A program made the translations under genes and the position numbers. From NCBI GenBank assembly GCA_002011125.2, contig MTMF02000009.1:1000989-1064988 (forward strand): 64,000 bases of DNA. Direction: 5' to 3'. Of the stretch, positions 18,451 to 26,519 are shown piece by piece. The notes beneath the pieces are model-generated. The model worked only from the letters and a program-made list of their open reading frames with translations. It was not told the origin of the DNA and made no database searches. The DNA is from Candidatus Hydrothermarchaeum profundi (GTDB lineage Archaea > Hydrothermarchaeota > Hydrothermarchaeia > Hydrothermarchaeales > Hydrothermarchaeaceae). Numbering within the stretch: position 1 is the first letter of the stretch; every line of letters starts with the position of its first letter.

Positions 18451-19307
18451 TAGATCACGAGAATATAAGGATGGAAATCCAACAAAAGCAAGAGGGATAT
18501 GGAGTATTGAGAGCACCAACGTTTGGTAGGATAACATCTCAACAGCTTAAAACGCTAGCTAAAATCTCTAGAGAATTTGGTGATGGCTACGCATTACTCA
18601 CCATGAGGAAAGGATTCGAGATACCTTGGATAAATAGAGAGAATTTTGGGAAAGCCCTCTCAGAGATTGAAAAAACGGGTCTAAAAGTAGGGTCTAGTGG
18701 GAATACAGTAAGATCCATACTTCCCTGTGCTGGTCAGGACAGGTGTCCTTTTGACATACTGGAGGTAGGTGTGTTAACCAAGAAAATAAGAAATGAACAC
18801 TATGGCAGACCTATGCCTATGAAATTTAATATAACTCTTTGTGGTTGTCCGAACTATTGTACTCATCCATATCTGAGTGATATAGGGATAATAGGCAGAG
18901 CACGCCCTAGAGTGAACGAGGACAAATGTATAGGTTGTGGTCAATGTGTAAGACTCTGCCGCGGAGATGATGGTGGAGCACTACGTCAAGTAGATACGAA
19001 TGCACCTGAAATTGATTACGAAAAGTGTATAGAGTGTGGGTGGTGTATAAAAAACTGCCCTACTGGTGCAATGGAAGCAGAGAAGCAAGGATGTAGTATA
19101 TTGGTTGGAGGCAAAGGCGGAGCAAATCCAAAACTTGGTGTAGAGTTAATTAGAATAATATCTATAGAAAAGGTAGGCCGTGTTTTAGAGAGAATCGTTC
19201 AATATACGGAGGAATATTCTAGTAAAGGTGAAAGATTGGCTGATGTAATTGAAAAATATTCGTTTGAACACTTTAAGAATTATGTGTTAGGTGAAATCGA
19301 TGACTAA
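18447..19307 (+). CDS. Dissimilatory-type sulfite reductase-like protein (Dsr-LP/AsrC-like) with ferredoxin domain
   Basis: Siroheme-[4Fe-4S] motif CAGQDRC...GCPNYC, ferredoxin CIGCGQC...CIECGWCIKNCP, and VGGKGG. Confidence 0.8.
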   Translation: MIDHENIRMEIQQKQEGYGVLRAPTFGRITSQQLKTLAKISREFGDGYALLTMRKGFEIPWINRENFGKALSEIEKTGLKVGSSGNTVRSILPCAGQDRCPFDILEVGVLTKKIRNEHYGRPMPMKFNITLCGCPNYCTHPYLSDIGIIGRARPRVNEDKCIGCGQCVRLCRGDDGGALRQVDTNAPEIDYEKCIECGWCIKNCPTGAMEAEKQGCSILVGGKGGANPKLGVELIRIISIEKVGRVLERIVQYTEEYSSKGERLADVIEKYSFEHFKNYVLGEIDD

Positions 19308-20001
19308 AGTTAGAGGAAGAATTGGCTTATTAGCTCAAAGGCAGAAAGATTACGTAACCATCAGGCTAAGGATACCTTTGGGAAAACTTACGGCAGAGCA
19401 GATGGAGGGAATATCCCAGATCATTGAAGAATATGGAGACGGCTATGCTATACCGACTATTCGTAAAAGCCTAGAAATACCTTGGGTCAGATTTGAGGAT
19501 TCTAATAAAGTTCTAAAAGAGTTAAGGAAAATGGGTCTCTCGGCAGGCTCATGCGGGAGAAAAGTGAGGACAATAGTGGCATGTGCGGGATTAGGACATT
19601 GCATCCATTCTCATAGAAATCTAGAGAAAATGTACTATAAGCTCCTCGGAAATTATTACATGAAAGATACTCCCACTAAATTTAAAATATCCCTCTCCGG
19701 GTGTCACCTTGCTTGTAACCATCCTTATATTAATGACTTTGGAATTATTGCCACTGAAGATGGCTTTTCAATCCTTGTAGGTGGAAAGGGTGGTAGACAC
19801 CCCCAGTTTGGAAAGCTGATAGTTGAAGGAGTATCTGAGGAAGAGGTATTCAATATTCTTGATAAAACCTTGGAATATTTCAGAAAGTATGCTCAAGGCA
19901 GAGAGAGGATTTATGAAGTTATAAAAAGAAATGGCGTAGACCATTTTAGAGGATACGTGTTAGAGGGGGTGAAAGCTTGGCCAAGAGATTCGAAGAATTA
20001 A
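19300..20001 (+). CDS. Nitrite/sulfite reductase-like protein (Dsr-LP) without ferredoxin domain
   Basis: QRQKDYVTIRLRIPLG, CAGLGHC...KFKISLSGCHLAC, VGGKGGR and ERI motifs. ATG 19300 follows SD AGGTGA. Confidence 0.8.
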   Translation: MTKVRGRIGLLAQRQKDYVTIRLRIPLGKLTAEQMEGISQIIEEYGDGYAIPTIRKSLEIPWVRFEDSNKVLKELRKMGLSAGSCGRKVRTIVACAGLGHCIHSHRNLEKMYYKLLGNYYMKDTPTKFKISLSGCHLACNHPYINDFGIIATEDGFSILVGGKGGRHPQFGKLIVEGVSEEEVFNILDKTLEYFRKYAQGRERIYEVIKRNGVDHFRGYVLEGVKAWPRDSKN

Positions 20002-21026
20002 AAAAAGAAGTGATAGACAAAGGTTTTTGTGTACACTGTGGTGCTTGTAGCGCATTTTGCAATCGCATAAAGCTTAATGCGTCTCCACAGCTTGTCGGGA
20101 AATGTGTGGAGAGCTGTTCATCTCCTTATGGAACTGATGGGGTATGTTATGAGCATTGTCCAATGGTTAAAAGCTTTGATGAAAAACATATCTTTCAAAG
20201 GAATACTTCCGATCCATTAGGGATATATATTTCATTAAAGTCAGCTCGTGCTCATGATAATAGTCTTAACGGTGTTCAGGATGGAGGTGTTGCAACAGCC
20301 TTGCTTAAGGCAGCATTTGAAGATGGAGAGATAGATGCAGCTATCGTGGTAGGTAGAGATGAGCTATGGAGAAGTCAACCTAAAATAGCGTGGTCGGTTA
20401 AAGACTTAATAGGTACTTCTGGGTCTAAATACACTGAAACGCCTGTTATAGAACTCGTAGGTAAACTTTCTCGAGAAGGCGCAAGTAGTGTCGCAGTTGT
20501 CGCTGTGCCATGTCAAATACAGGCGCTCCGGAATTTAGAATACGGGCTTCTCTATCCAAATGGGTTCTCCCCTTACTCAGACATGATGCTGTACACGATA
20601 GGCTTGTTCTGTTCAGGTGTATTCAACTATAAAGAACTTGTAAATAGACTTGATGTAGACTTGAAATATGTTGATAAAATGGACATAAAGGATAGTAAAT
20701 TTAAAGTGGAAGGGAAAATTACCAAAACTTTGCCTCTTAGTAGAGTAAAAAAAGCTTTATTACCCGCATGCAAATATTGCAGGGACTACACCGCAAGACT
20801 CGCTGACATATCTTTAGGCTCTGTAGGGTCCCCAAAAGGTTGGACTACAGTAATCGTTAGAAATCCAAATGGAAGCTGGCTGTTAACAAATGCTAAAAAT
20901 TTAGGATTAATAGAGGTGAAGCGAGGTCTAAGTGAAAATGTACTAAGAACTCATGTTGATAAAAGAATAAAAAATGTGAGTAAGGAATGTATGAAAGCTA
21001 ATGAGATTCCGCCTTCATTTAAGTAA
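19977..21026 (+). CDS. Coenzyme F420 hydrogenase/dehydrogenase beta-subunit family protein (FrhB/FpoF/Fsr-N-like)
   Basis: CVHCGACSAFC, CYEHCP, QDGGVATALL, GSKY, PCQ, IGLFC and CKYCRDYTARLADISLGSVGSPKGWT. Confidence 0.88.
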   Translation: MAKRFEELKKEVIDKGFCVHCGACSAFCNRIKLNASPQLVGKCVESCSSPYGTDGVCYEHCPMVKSFDEKHIFQRNTSDPLGIYISLKSARAHDNSLNGVQDGGVATALLKAAFEDGEIDAAIVVGRDELWRSQPKIAWSVKDLIGTSGSKYTETPVIELVGKLSREGASSVAVVAVPCQIQALRNLEYGLLYPNGFSPYSDMMLYTIGLFCSGVFNYKELVNRLDVDLKYVDKMDIKDSKFKVEGKITKTLPLSRVKKALLPACKYCRDYTARLADISLGSVGSPKGWTTVIVRNPNGSWLLTNAKNLGLIEVKRGLSENVLRTHVDKRIKNVSKECMKANEIPPSFK

Positions 21027-21375
21027 AACAGGCATCGCAATCGTTTGGCACTATGCTGGCTTCTTTATGCGGGCCGCAAAGAGTTTTATCTGATTTTGCA
21101 GCTTCACATATTCTACATATCTCTTTATATGGGTTATGTTTTTCTCCAGAGATTATCTTATCAGCAAACTCAGATATAGCGGCTTTAGCATTTTCTTTGA
21201 GTTCAATTTTTTTCCCACGCTTTCCTTTCAAATATTGAGAAACAGCCGCTTCTGTAACCCCCATTACTGATGCCACTTCCTTCTGACTCATCCCGCGGCT
21301 GATTAGTTCTTTTGCTAGGTCTGATTTTATTGCCGGTAAAACATACCATACTACTAATTCACAGGGAGCTTTCAT
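21019..21375 (-). CDS. HTH transcriptional regulator with Cys/His-rich termini (COG2522-like)
   Basis: PCELVVWYVLPAIK, GMSQKEVA...TEAAVSQYLKGKRG, ICRIC, LCGPH and CDAC. Confidence 0.85.
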   Translation of the reverse strand: MKAPCELVVWYVLPAIKSDLAKELISRGMSQKEVASVMGVTEAAVSQYLKGKRGKKIELKENAKAAISEFADKIISGEKHNPYKEICRICEAAKSDKTLCGPHKEASIVPNDCDACFT

Positions 21376-21475
21376 AATAGTTTATAAAATAACTTAACGC
21401 CTATTAATTTTTTTGAATAAAAAATCTTTAATTATGATAATACATACGTCAGCTTTCATAGGCGTTAGAAATTAC

Positions 21476-21523
21476 GAATTTGGTCTAGAATATGGTGAAA
21501 TTTGGGTGAAAATTCGGGAAAAA
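21476..21523 (+). promoter_or_regulatory. Tandem ~11-bp-periodic AA(T/G)TTGG-type motif upstream of the ccm/thioredoxin operon
   Basis: GAATTTGG, GAATATGG, GAAATTTGGGT and GAAAATTCGGG in tandem. GAAATTTGGGT recurs at 26436. Confidence 0.5.
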
Positions 21524-21555
21524 CAAATAAAAAGGGTTGTGGATGCTAAATTTTA

Positions 21556-21831
21556 ATGTTATATGAGATTTCTACCATAGCAGCTCTTGGAAACGTACTT
21601 CTCTTACTAATACTCCTCTACATTTTTATTCAAAACTATAGAAAAATACCTTCTAGTTTTACATTTGGTCTGGTTATTTTTGCATCCATTTTATTAGTTG
21701 ATTCCCTGTTTTCCTGTTCTGCATTCCTTCCAAGTCTTATTACACAGTTTATCCCTCACCAGATTCATACTCTTCCGCCTGTTCTAGAATTTATAGCGCT
21801 AGTAGTGCTGATAAGTATAGTAATAAAGTGA
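21556..21831 (+). CDS. Small 3-TM membrane protein (paralogue of 31245-31523)
   Basis: Hydrophobic. MLYEI...GN..LLL..LYIF.Q.YRK..S.FT.GLV.FA is shared with the ORF at 31245. Confidence 0.75.
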   Translation: MLYEISTIAALGNVLLLLILLYIFIQNYRKIPSSFTFGLVIFASILLVDSLFSCSAFLPSLITQFIPHQIHTLPPVLEFIALVVLISIVIK

Positions 21832-21838
21832 CGGTATT

Positions 21839-22321
21839 ATGAAACCAAAGAAAATAATAACCATATCAGTCGTGGTGGTTCTTCTCCTATTTGTATACTA
21901 CTCAATGAATGCTGCTCCTCTAATAAGCGATGAAAAGTATACTTACATTAGCGGTTTGAGATGGTACAATACCTTCGAAGAAGGTCAAAGGGTTGCGTTA
22001 GAGCAAAATAAACCTATCTTTATTTATTTCTGGGCGATATGGTGCACATACTGCGAAAAATTACATACTGAAGTTTATCCAAACCCGGAAATCAATAGGA
22101 TCTTAAAAGAAGACTATGTACTTGTAGCGGTGGATCTAGATACTAACAAAAAAGATGCAGCTAGATTTGGAGCAACGTATCCTCCAAAGCTTGTGTTCAT
22201 TACGCCAGATGGTGAAATAATAACTGAAATTGGAGGTTATGTTCCAGCGGAATCTCTACTTCCTGTTCTACAAAATGTAAAAGCCTTCTATCAAAATAGA
22301 ATTAGTTCCGGTGGTGGTTAA
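21839..22321 (+). CDS. Membrane-anchored thioredoxin-family protein (SoxW/CcmG-like)
   Basis: N-terminal TM, WAIWCTYCEKL CxxC, and a cis-Pro region YPP. Confidence 0.85.
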   Translation: MKPKKIITISVVVVLLLFVYYSMNAAPLISDEKYTYISGLRWYNTFEEGQRVALEQNKPIFIYFWAIWCTYCEKLHTEVYPNPEINRILKEDYVLVAVDLDTNKKDAARFGATYPPKLVFITPDGEIITEIGGYVPAESLLPVLQNVKAFYQNRISSGGG

Positions 22322-24667
22322 GTGAATCTAGGTAATCTATTGCTATATAGTGCATTTTCCATCGGGTCTTTGATTATTTTATTATTATTGATAAATCTAA
22401 TCAAGAACATTCAAGTTGAAAGATATGTTCAATGGCTAGTGAGAGCTTTTTTTATGATATTACTCGCGGATATGAGTCTGCTTACTTACTATTTCATCGT
22501 GAGCGATATTTCAGTAAATTACGTATGGACATTTACGAGTAAGTATCTCCCACTTTTATACAAATTATCTGGCGTATTGGCTGGACAACAAGGAACACTA
22601 TTATTCTGGGCATTTTTAATAAGTATAAGTGCTCTATGGATTAATGAGAGAAAAGAGTATAGCGATTTTATAAAAAAAGTCCAGATAATTGTATTGTTAC
22701 TAGGATTATTCTTTATTGCTTTAACGATCAAAGAATCACCTTTTATCACGATATATGATCTCTATCCAGACTTACCGAGAGATTTCCTTCCAGAAGACGG
22801 CGCTGGACTTAATCCCCTTCTAATCGACCCTTGGATGGCTGTTCATCCTCCGGTAATTTTTATAGCTTATGCAACTATGACTATTCCTTTTGCAGTCGCC
22901 GTAGTTTACCTTATTAAGTCTATAAAAGAGGACACCTTAAAAGTGTATAGTGAATGGAGTCATATTGTGACCTTCTGGTGCAGGATTTCTTGGCTTTTTC
23001 TTACATGGGGGATCGCGGTCGGCGGTTTTTGGGCCTATAAAGTACTCGGTTGGGGCGGTTACTGGGCTTGGGATCCTGTGGAAACATCTTCTCTTATCCC
23101 GTGGATCCTTTTGACAGGAGCTCTCCACGCTCTATCCGAAAATAGGAAAAAAAAGGAGAGTTATAATATATTAGCTCCAGTGCTGGTTGCGTTGTCTTTT
23201 TCACTAGTGGTATACGCTACATTAGTTACTAGAAGTGGATTTTTTGAATCCGTGCATGCCTTCAGCACCGGGCAAACAGGATTTTATCTATTAATTTTGG
23301 TTGTAGTGAGCATACTGGTTTCTCTCATTTTAGGAAGTATAAAGTACGTTAAGAGAGTTGATAGGCACGTAGAAGATATTGATAATGGAGAGATTACTCT
23401 GGTGAATAGGACAAATATATTCTATCTTGCAATATTATTGTTTGTAATATTAACTTTTATATCCTTCTGGGGGATCACATTTCCGGCGTTGACAAAACTA
23501 GCTATGGGGAAAAAAATTGGTATGGGTATTTCGTTTTTTAATATTTGGAGTTATCCTTTTATAATATTGCTAATGCTTTTCGGCGGACTAGGGCTAAATT
23601 ACAAGCATTCTGAAAAAAAGAAGCAACTACGAGTATTCGGTTTATTTATCCTCATTACTTTGATAGCGGCTGTAATTAAGCCCTCAGAATCATGGAAAAT
23701 TGTAGAATATTCCGCCATCATCAATCCCGAAAAGCCATTTCTATATAGGCTGATTGGCGGTGCCTCCCCCTTAAGCATAATACCCCCTTCTATTTACCTG
23801 ACTTGGGGTGCGAGTGAAAGGCTTTTGCGAAGATTTAAGAGTAAGTCCATGGAGCTAAAAATAAAGGAAGTAGGGATTTTTATCATACATGTCGGAGTTG
23901 TTTTAATCATAGCTGGTTCTGTAGTTAGTACTCTTTTCGATAAAGAGTTCAGTACTAGAGTCACTATAGGAAATTCTGAGCTTGTACGGATTGAAGGGAC
24001 CCCTTATGCGGTTAAACTTCTTGGCTTTGACACAGAGGTAGTATATATAGAAGATTCTGCGAGTAATGATATACCGGGGGATAGTCTAGATGAATTTTAC
24101 ACGAAAATCGGGGAAGAGGATGTCTATTTAGTGCATGGTAAGGTAGAGGAAACTGTACAAACGGAACATAATACTTATATGAAACTTGTAGATAACGGCA
24201 GAGAGTTATGGGTCGCTACTAATAGGGTAGACATCCCTAAGGGTGCCCTAGTTGTACTATCTGGAAATGTGATGTTTGATTTTGCAAGTCCAACTTTAAA
24301 CAGAGTTTTCGATATAATACTTTTCGCTCCGCATGTAGAGGTATATAGTATGGAGCCTGAAAGATATTCGACAACAGAACTAGTTAAAGTAGCGGTATAC
24401 AATGGCCATAACAAAATAGGGGAGGGTACTGCTAAGTCGATTACCTATAAAAATGGAAATGTCAACAAGGTAATGATTGATAGATCATTGACTAAGGATG
24501 TTTATGTTATCTACACAGGAAAGAACGGCCAAGAAATACCTTTAACAATTAAGATTAAGCCGTACGTAAGCTGGACTTGGGTAGGTGTGGTGTTGTTTTC
24601 GGTGGGCATACTTTTTATATTATTTTTTGATCCGGTTGTTAAAGAGAGGAGGTATCAAGCTGAATAG
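22322..24667 (+). CDS. ccmF: Cytochrome c biogenesis heme lyase CcmF with C-terminal inserted domain
   Basis: GQQGTLLFW, GLNPLL, HPP, WGGYWAWDPVET (WWD domain), TRSG..ESVHAF and IIHVG. Confidence 0.92.
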   Translation: MNLGNLLLYSAFSIGSLIILLLLINLIKNIQVERYVQWLVRAFFMILLADMSLLTYYFIVSDISVNYVWTFTSKYLPLLYKLSGVLAGQQGTLLFWAFLISISALWINERKEYSDFIKKVQIIVLLLGLFFIALTIKESPFITIYDLYPDLPRDFLPEDGAGLNPLLIDPWMAVHPPVIFIAYATMTIPFAVAVVYLIKSIKEDTLKVYSEWSHIVTFWCRISWLFLTWGIAVGGFWAYKVLGWGGYWAWDPVETSSLIPWILLTGALHALSENRKKKESYNILAPVLVALSFSLVVYATLVTRSGFFESVHAFSTGQTGFYLLILVVVSILVSLILGSIKYVKRVDRHVEDIDNGEITLVNRTNIFYLAILLFVILTFISFWGITFPALTKLAMGKKIGMGISFFNIWSYPFIILLMLFGGLGLNYKHSEKKKQLRVFGLFILITLIAAVIKPSESWKIVEYSAIINPEKPFLYRLIGGASPLSIIPPSIYLTWGASERLLRRFKSKSMELKIKEVGIFIIHVGVVLIIAGSVVSTLFDKEFSTRVTIGNSELVRIEGTPYAVKLLGFDTEVVYIEDSASNDIPGDSLDEFYTKIGEEDVYLVHGKVEETVQTEHNTYMKLVDNGRELWVATNRVDIPKGALVVLSGNVMFDFASPTLNRVFDIILFAPHVEVYSMEPERYSTTELVKVAVYNGHNKIGEGTAKSITYKNGNVNKVMIDRSLTKDVYVIYTGKNGQEIPLTIKIKPYVSWTWVGVVLFSVGILFILFFDPVVKERRYQAE

Positions 24668-25382
24668 TGAGCCATCATTTGTCTTAGCATTCCTTGCTGG
24701 ACTCTTAACGGTTACTACCCCTTGTGTCATCCCAATCCTCCCCCCAATGTTAGCCGGATCTATCGGTCATAAGCTTAGACCTTTTTTTATTGTATTAGGA
24801 AGCTCCATAACGTTTACCTTAATGGGGGGAGCTTTCGCAGCAATAGGCCTCTTAGCGTCAGGGGTTACAGAATATATGAGACTATTTTTTATTTTCTTTA
24901 TCATAGCTTTTGGAGCAGTAATGGTGGATGAAGATATCAATAAAGTATATACGAAATACGCAACAGTTGTAGTCAATAGATTATTAAGTCGAAAAGGAAG
25001 TAATTCCTCAAGAAACTTTCACCCACTAGTAGGAGCTTTTGTGTTAGGGCTTTCTCTGGGTATAGTGTGGATTCCATGCGTCGGCCCTATATTGGGGGCT
25101 GTACTTGCATATGCTTCAACAACAGCTAACTTAGCTAAGGGGTCTCTTTTGTTGATGACGTATTCTTTTGGGCTTGGACTTCCGATGCTTGGGATAGCTT
25201 ACGGGGGCAAATATGCTTCTGTAAAAGTAGAATGGGTTAAGGTCCATTCTATTACGATAAGAAAGATTGCTGGATGGGTAATTATCCTCACAGGGATAGC
25301 TATGCTCTTTGGTCTTGATAGACTTGTACAAGCTGGTCTTACTCCGTATTTCCCGAGTTTTGAAGAGAGGTTGCTAAAATGA
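24660..25382 (+). CDS. ccdA: CcdA/DsbD transmembrane electron-transfer protein
   Basis: TPCVIPILP and WIPCVGPILG Cys pair. Probable CTG start at 24660 after SD GAGGAGGT. Confidence 0.88.
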   Translation: MNSEPSFVLAFLAGLLTVTTPCVIPILPPMLAGSIGHKLRPFFIVLGSSITFTLMGGAFAAIGLLASGVTEYMRLFFIFFIIAFGAVMVDEDINKVYTKYATVVVNRLLSRKGSNSSRNFHPLVGAFVLGLSLGIVWIPCVGPILGAVLAYASTTANLAKGSLLLMTYSFGLGLPMLGIAYGGKYASVKVEWVKVHSITIRKIAGWVIILTGIAMLFGLDRLVQAGLTPYFPSFEERLLK

Positions 25383-26392
25383 GTGAAAAGGGAGACCGCT
25401 TTAAGATAAATTGGGGGCATAGGTATCTTATAATTGTGGCAGGGCTTTTCTTTATTGCTGGATTCTCATCAGGGTATGTGTTCTTTAGTGATGGAGAAAA
25501 TGAGAAAATTTGTCCATTTAGTTTTAATATAACCCTGTCTAATGAACTCTTTGCTGATGTCATTGGTGAAAAGGCAGCGAGTTATGTAGATGAAAAATTT
25601 CTAAGGCCGCAAGGAGCTTCAGGGGAACTGGTAAAAGTTGAGAGCTATGGGGATAGTCTCTATAGAGTTATAATACGTGCTACTAAGGAGGGTGTTACTC
25701 AGACGATTTCGTTACTCGCTACAAGAGATGGTAAGTTAATACTACTAGGTGAGGGCGGAGGCGTGGTCGAGATTCCAGAATCCTATGAAGCAAACCTCAC
25801 TTTTAGGGAGGTAGCTAAAACTGATGCTATCTACATAACCTCAGGATTGGAAATAAGACCAGAGATGGCCGCATATATTCGGGGATCAAAAGATGCTCCT
25901 ATAACTTTTGTAGAATTCAATGATTTTCAGTGTCCATTTTGTAAAAGGTTCAGGGATCAGAGTTTAGATCTTATTCTAACAAAATATGAAGGAAAAATCC
26001 GTTATGTTCTTTTAGATTTCCCTATTACTTCAATTCATCCTCAAGCACCTCTGGCACATATTGCCGCTAGGTGTGCGGGTGAACAAGGAAAATACTTCGA
26101 ATATCATAACAAGCTCTTTGCTAAACAAGAAAGTTGGTCTAGGATGCCTCCAGATTCTGTAGAAGAGATAAATGAGTTTGAAAGCTACGCAGTTGAGCTT
26201 GGATTAGATGAGGTGAAGTTTTCTCAATGCCTAAACTCAAGAAAGTATGAGAACGCGGTATTATCAAACATGGAGATAGGAGCTAGAGCGGGTGTTACAG
26301 GAACTCCAACTTTCTTTATAAACGGTCAGAAAGTCGGTGGAGCGCAACCTTATCAAGTCTTCGAATCTGTCATAGAATCTCAACTAAGTTAG
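25379..26392 (+). CDS. DsbA-family thiol-disulfide oxidoreductase, membrane anchored
   Basis: FVEFNDFQCPFC, DFPITSIHPQA and GVTGTPTFFING. Confidence 0.9.
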   Translation: MSEKGDRFKINWGHRYLIIVAGLFFIAGFSSGYVFFSDGENEKICPFSFNITLSNELFADVIGEKAASYVDEKFLRPQGASGELVKVESYGDSLYRVIIRATKEGVTQTISLLATRDGKLILLGEGGGVVEIPESYEANLTFREVAKTDAIYITSGLEIRPEMAAYIRGSKDAPITFVEFNDFQCPFCKRFRDQSLDLILTKYEGKIRYVLLDFPITSIHPQAPLAHIAARCAGEQGKYFEYHNKLFAKQESWSRMPPDSVEEINEFESYAVELGLDEVKFSQCLNSRKYENAVLSNMEIGARAGVTGTPTFFINGQKVGGAQPYQVFESVIESQLS

Positions 26393-26435
26393 GATATTTA
26401 GAAAAAAATCAAAATTTCATAAACATAAATCACCG

Positions 26436-26484
26436 GAAATTTGGGTAAAAGTTGGTGTAAATTCTGGAAAATGTTCTTAAATAA
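26436..26484 (+). promoter_or_regulatory. Second copy of the tandem motif followed by TATA-like TTAAATAA
   Basis: GAAATTTGGGTA-AAAGTTGGTGT-AAATTCTGG with cores 11 bp apart, upstream of the DUF1573 genes. Confidence 0.5.
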
Positions 26485-26519
26485 TCATTTTGAGAGAAAA
26501 ACTAGTGGTCGGGACTGAT

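Noticed and set aside
18447-20001. Calling the two reductases canonical dsrA/dsrB
   Set aside because: At 286 and ~233 aa they are much shorter than DsrA/DsrB, the second lacks the ferredoxin domain, and no dsrC/dsrMK is nearby.
21476-21523. Short tandem repeats as a CRISPR remnant
   Set aside because: The units are about 11 bp, degenerate and without spacers, and no cas genes are present.
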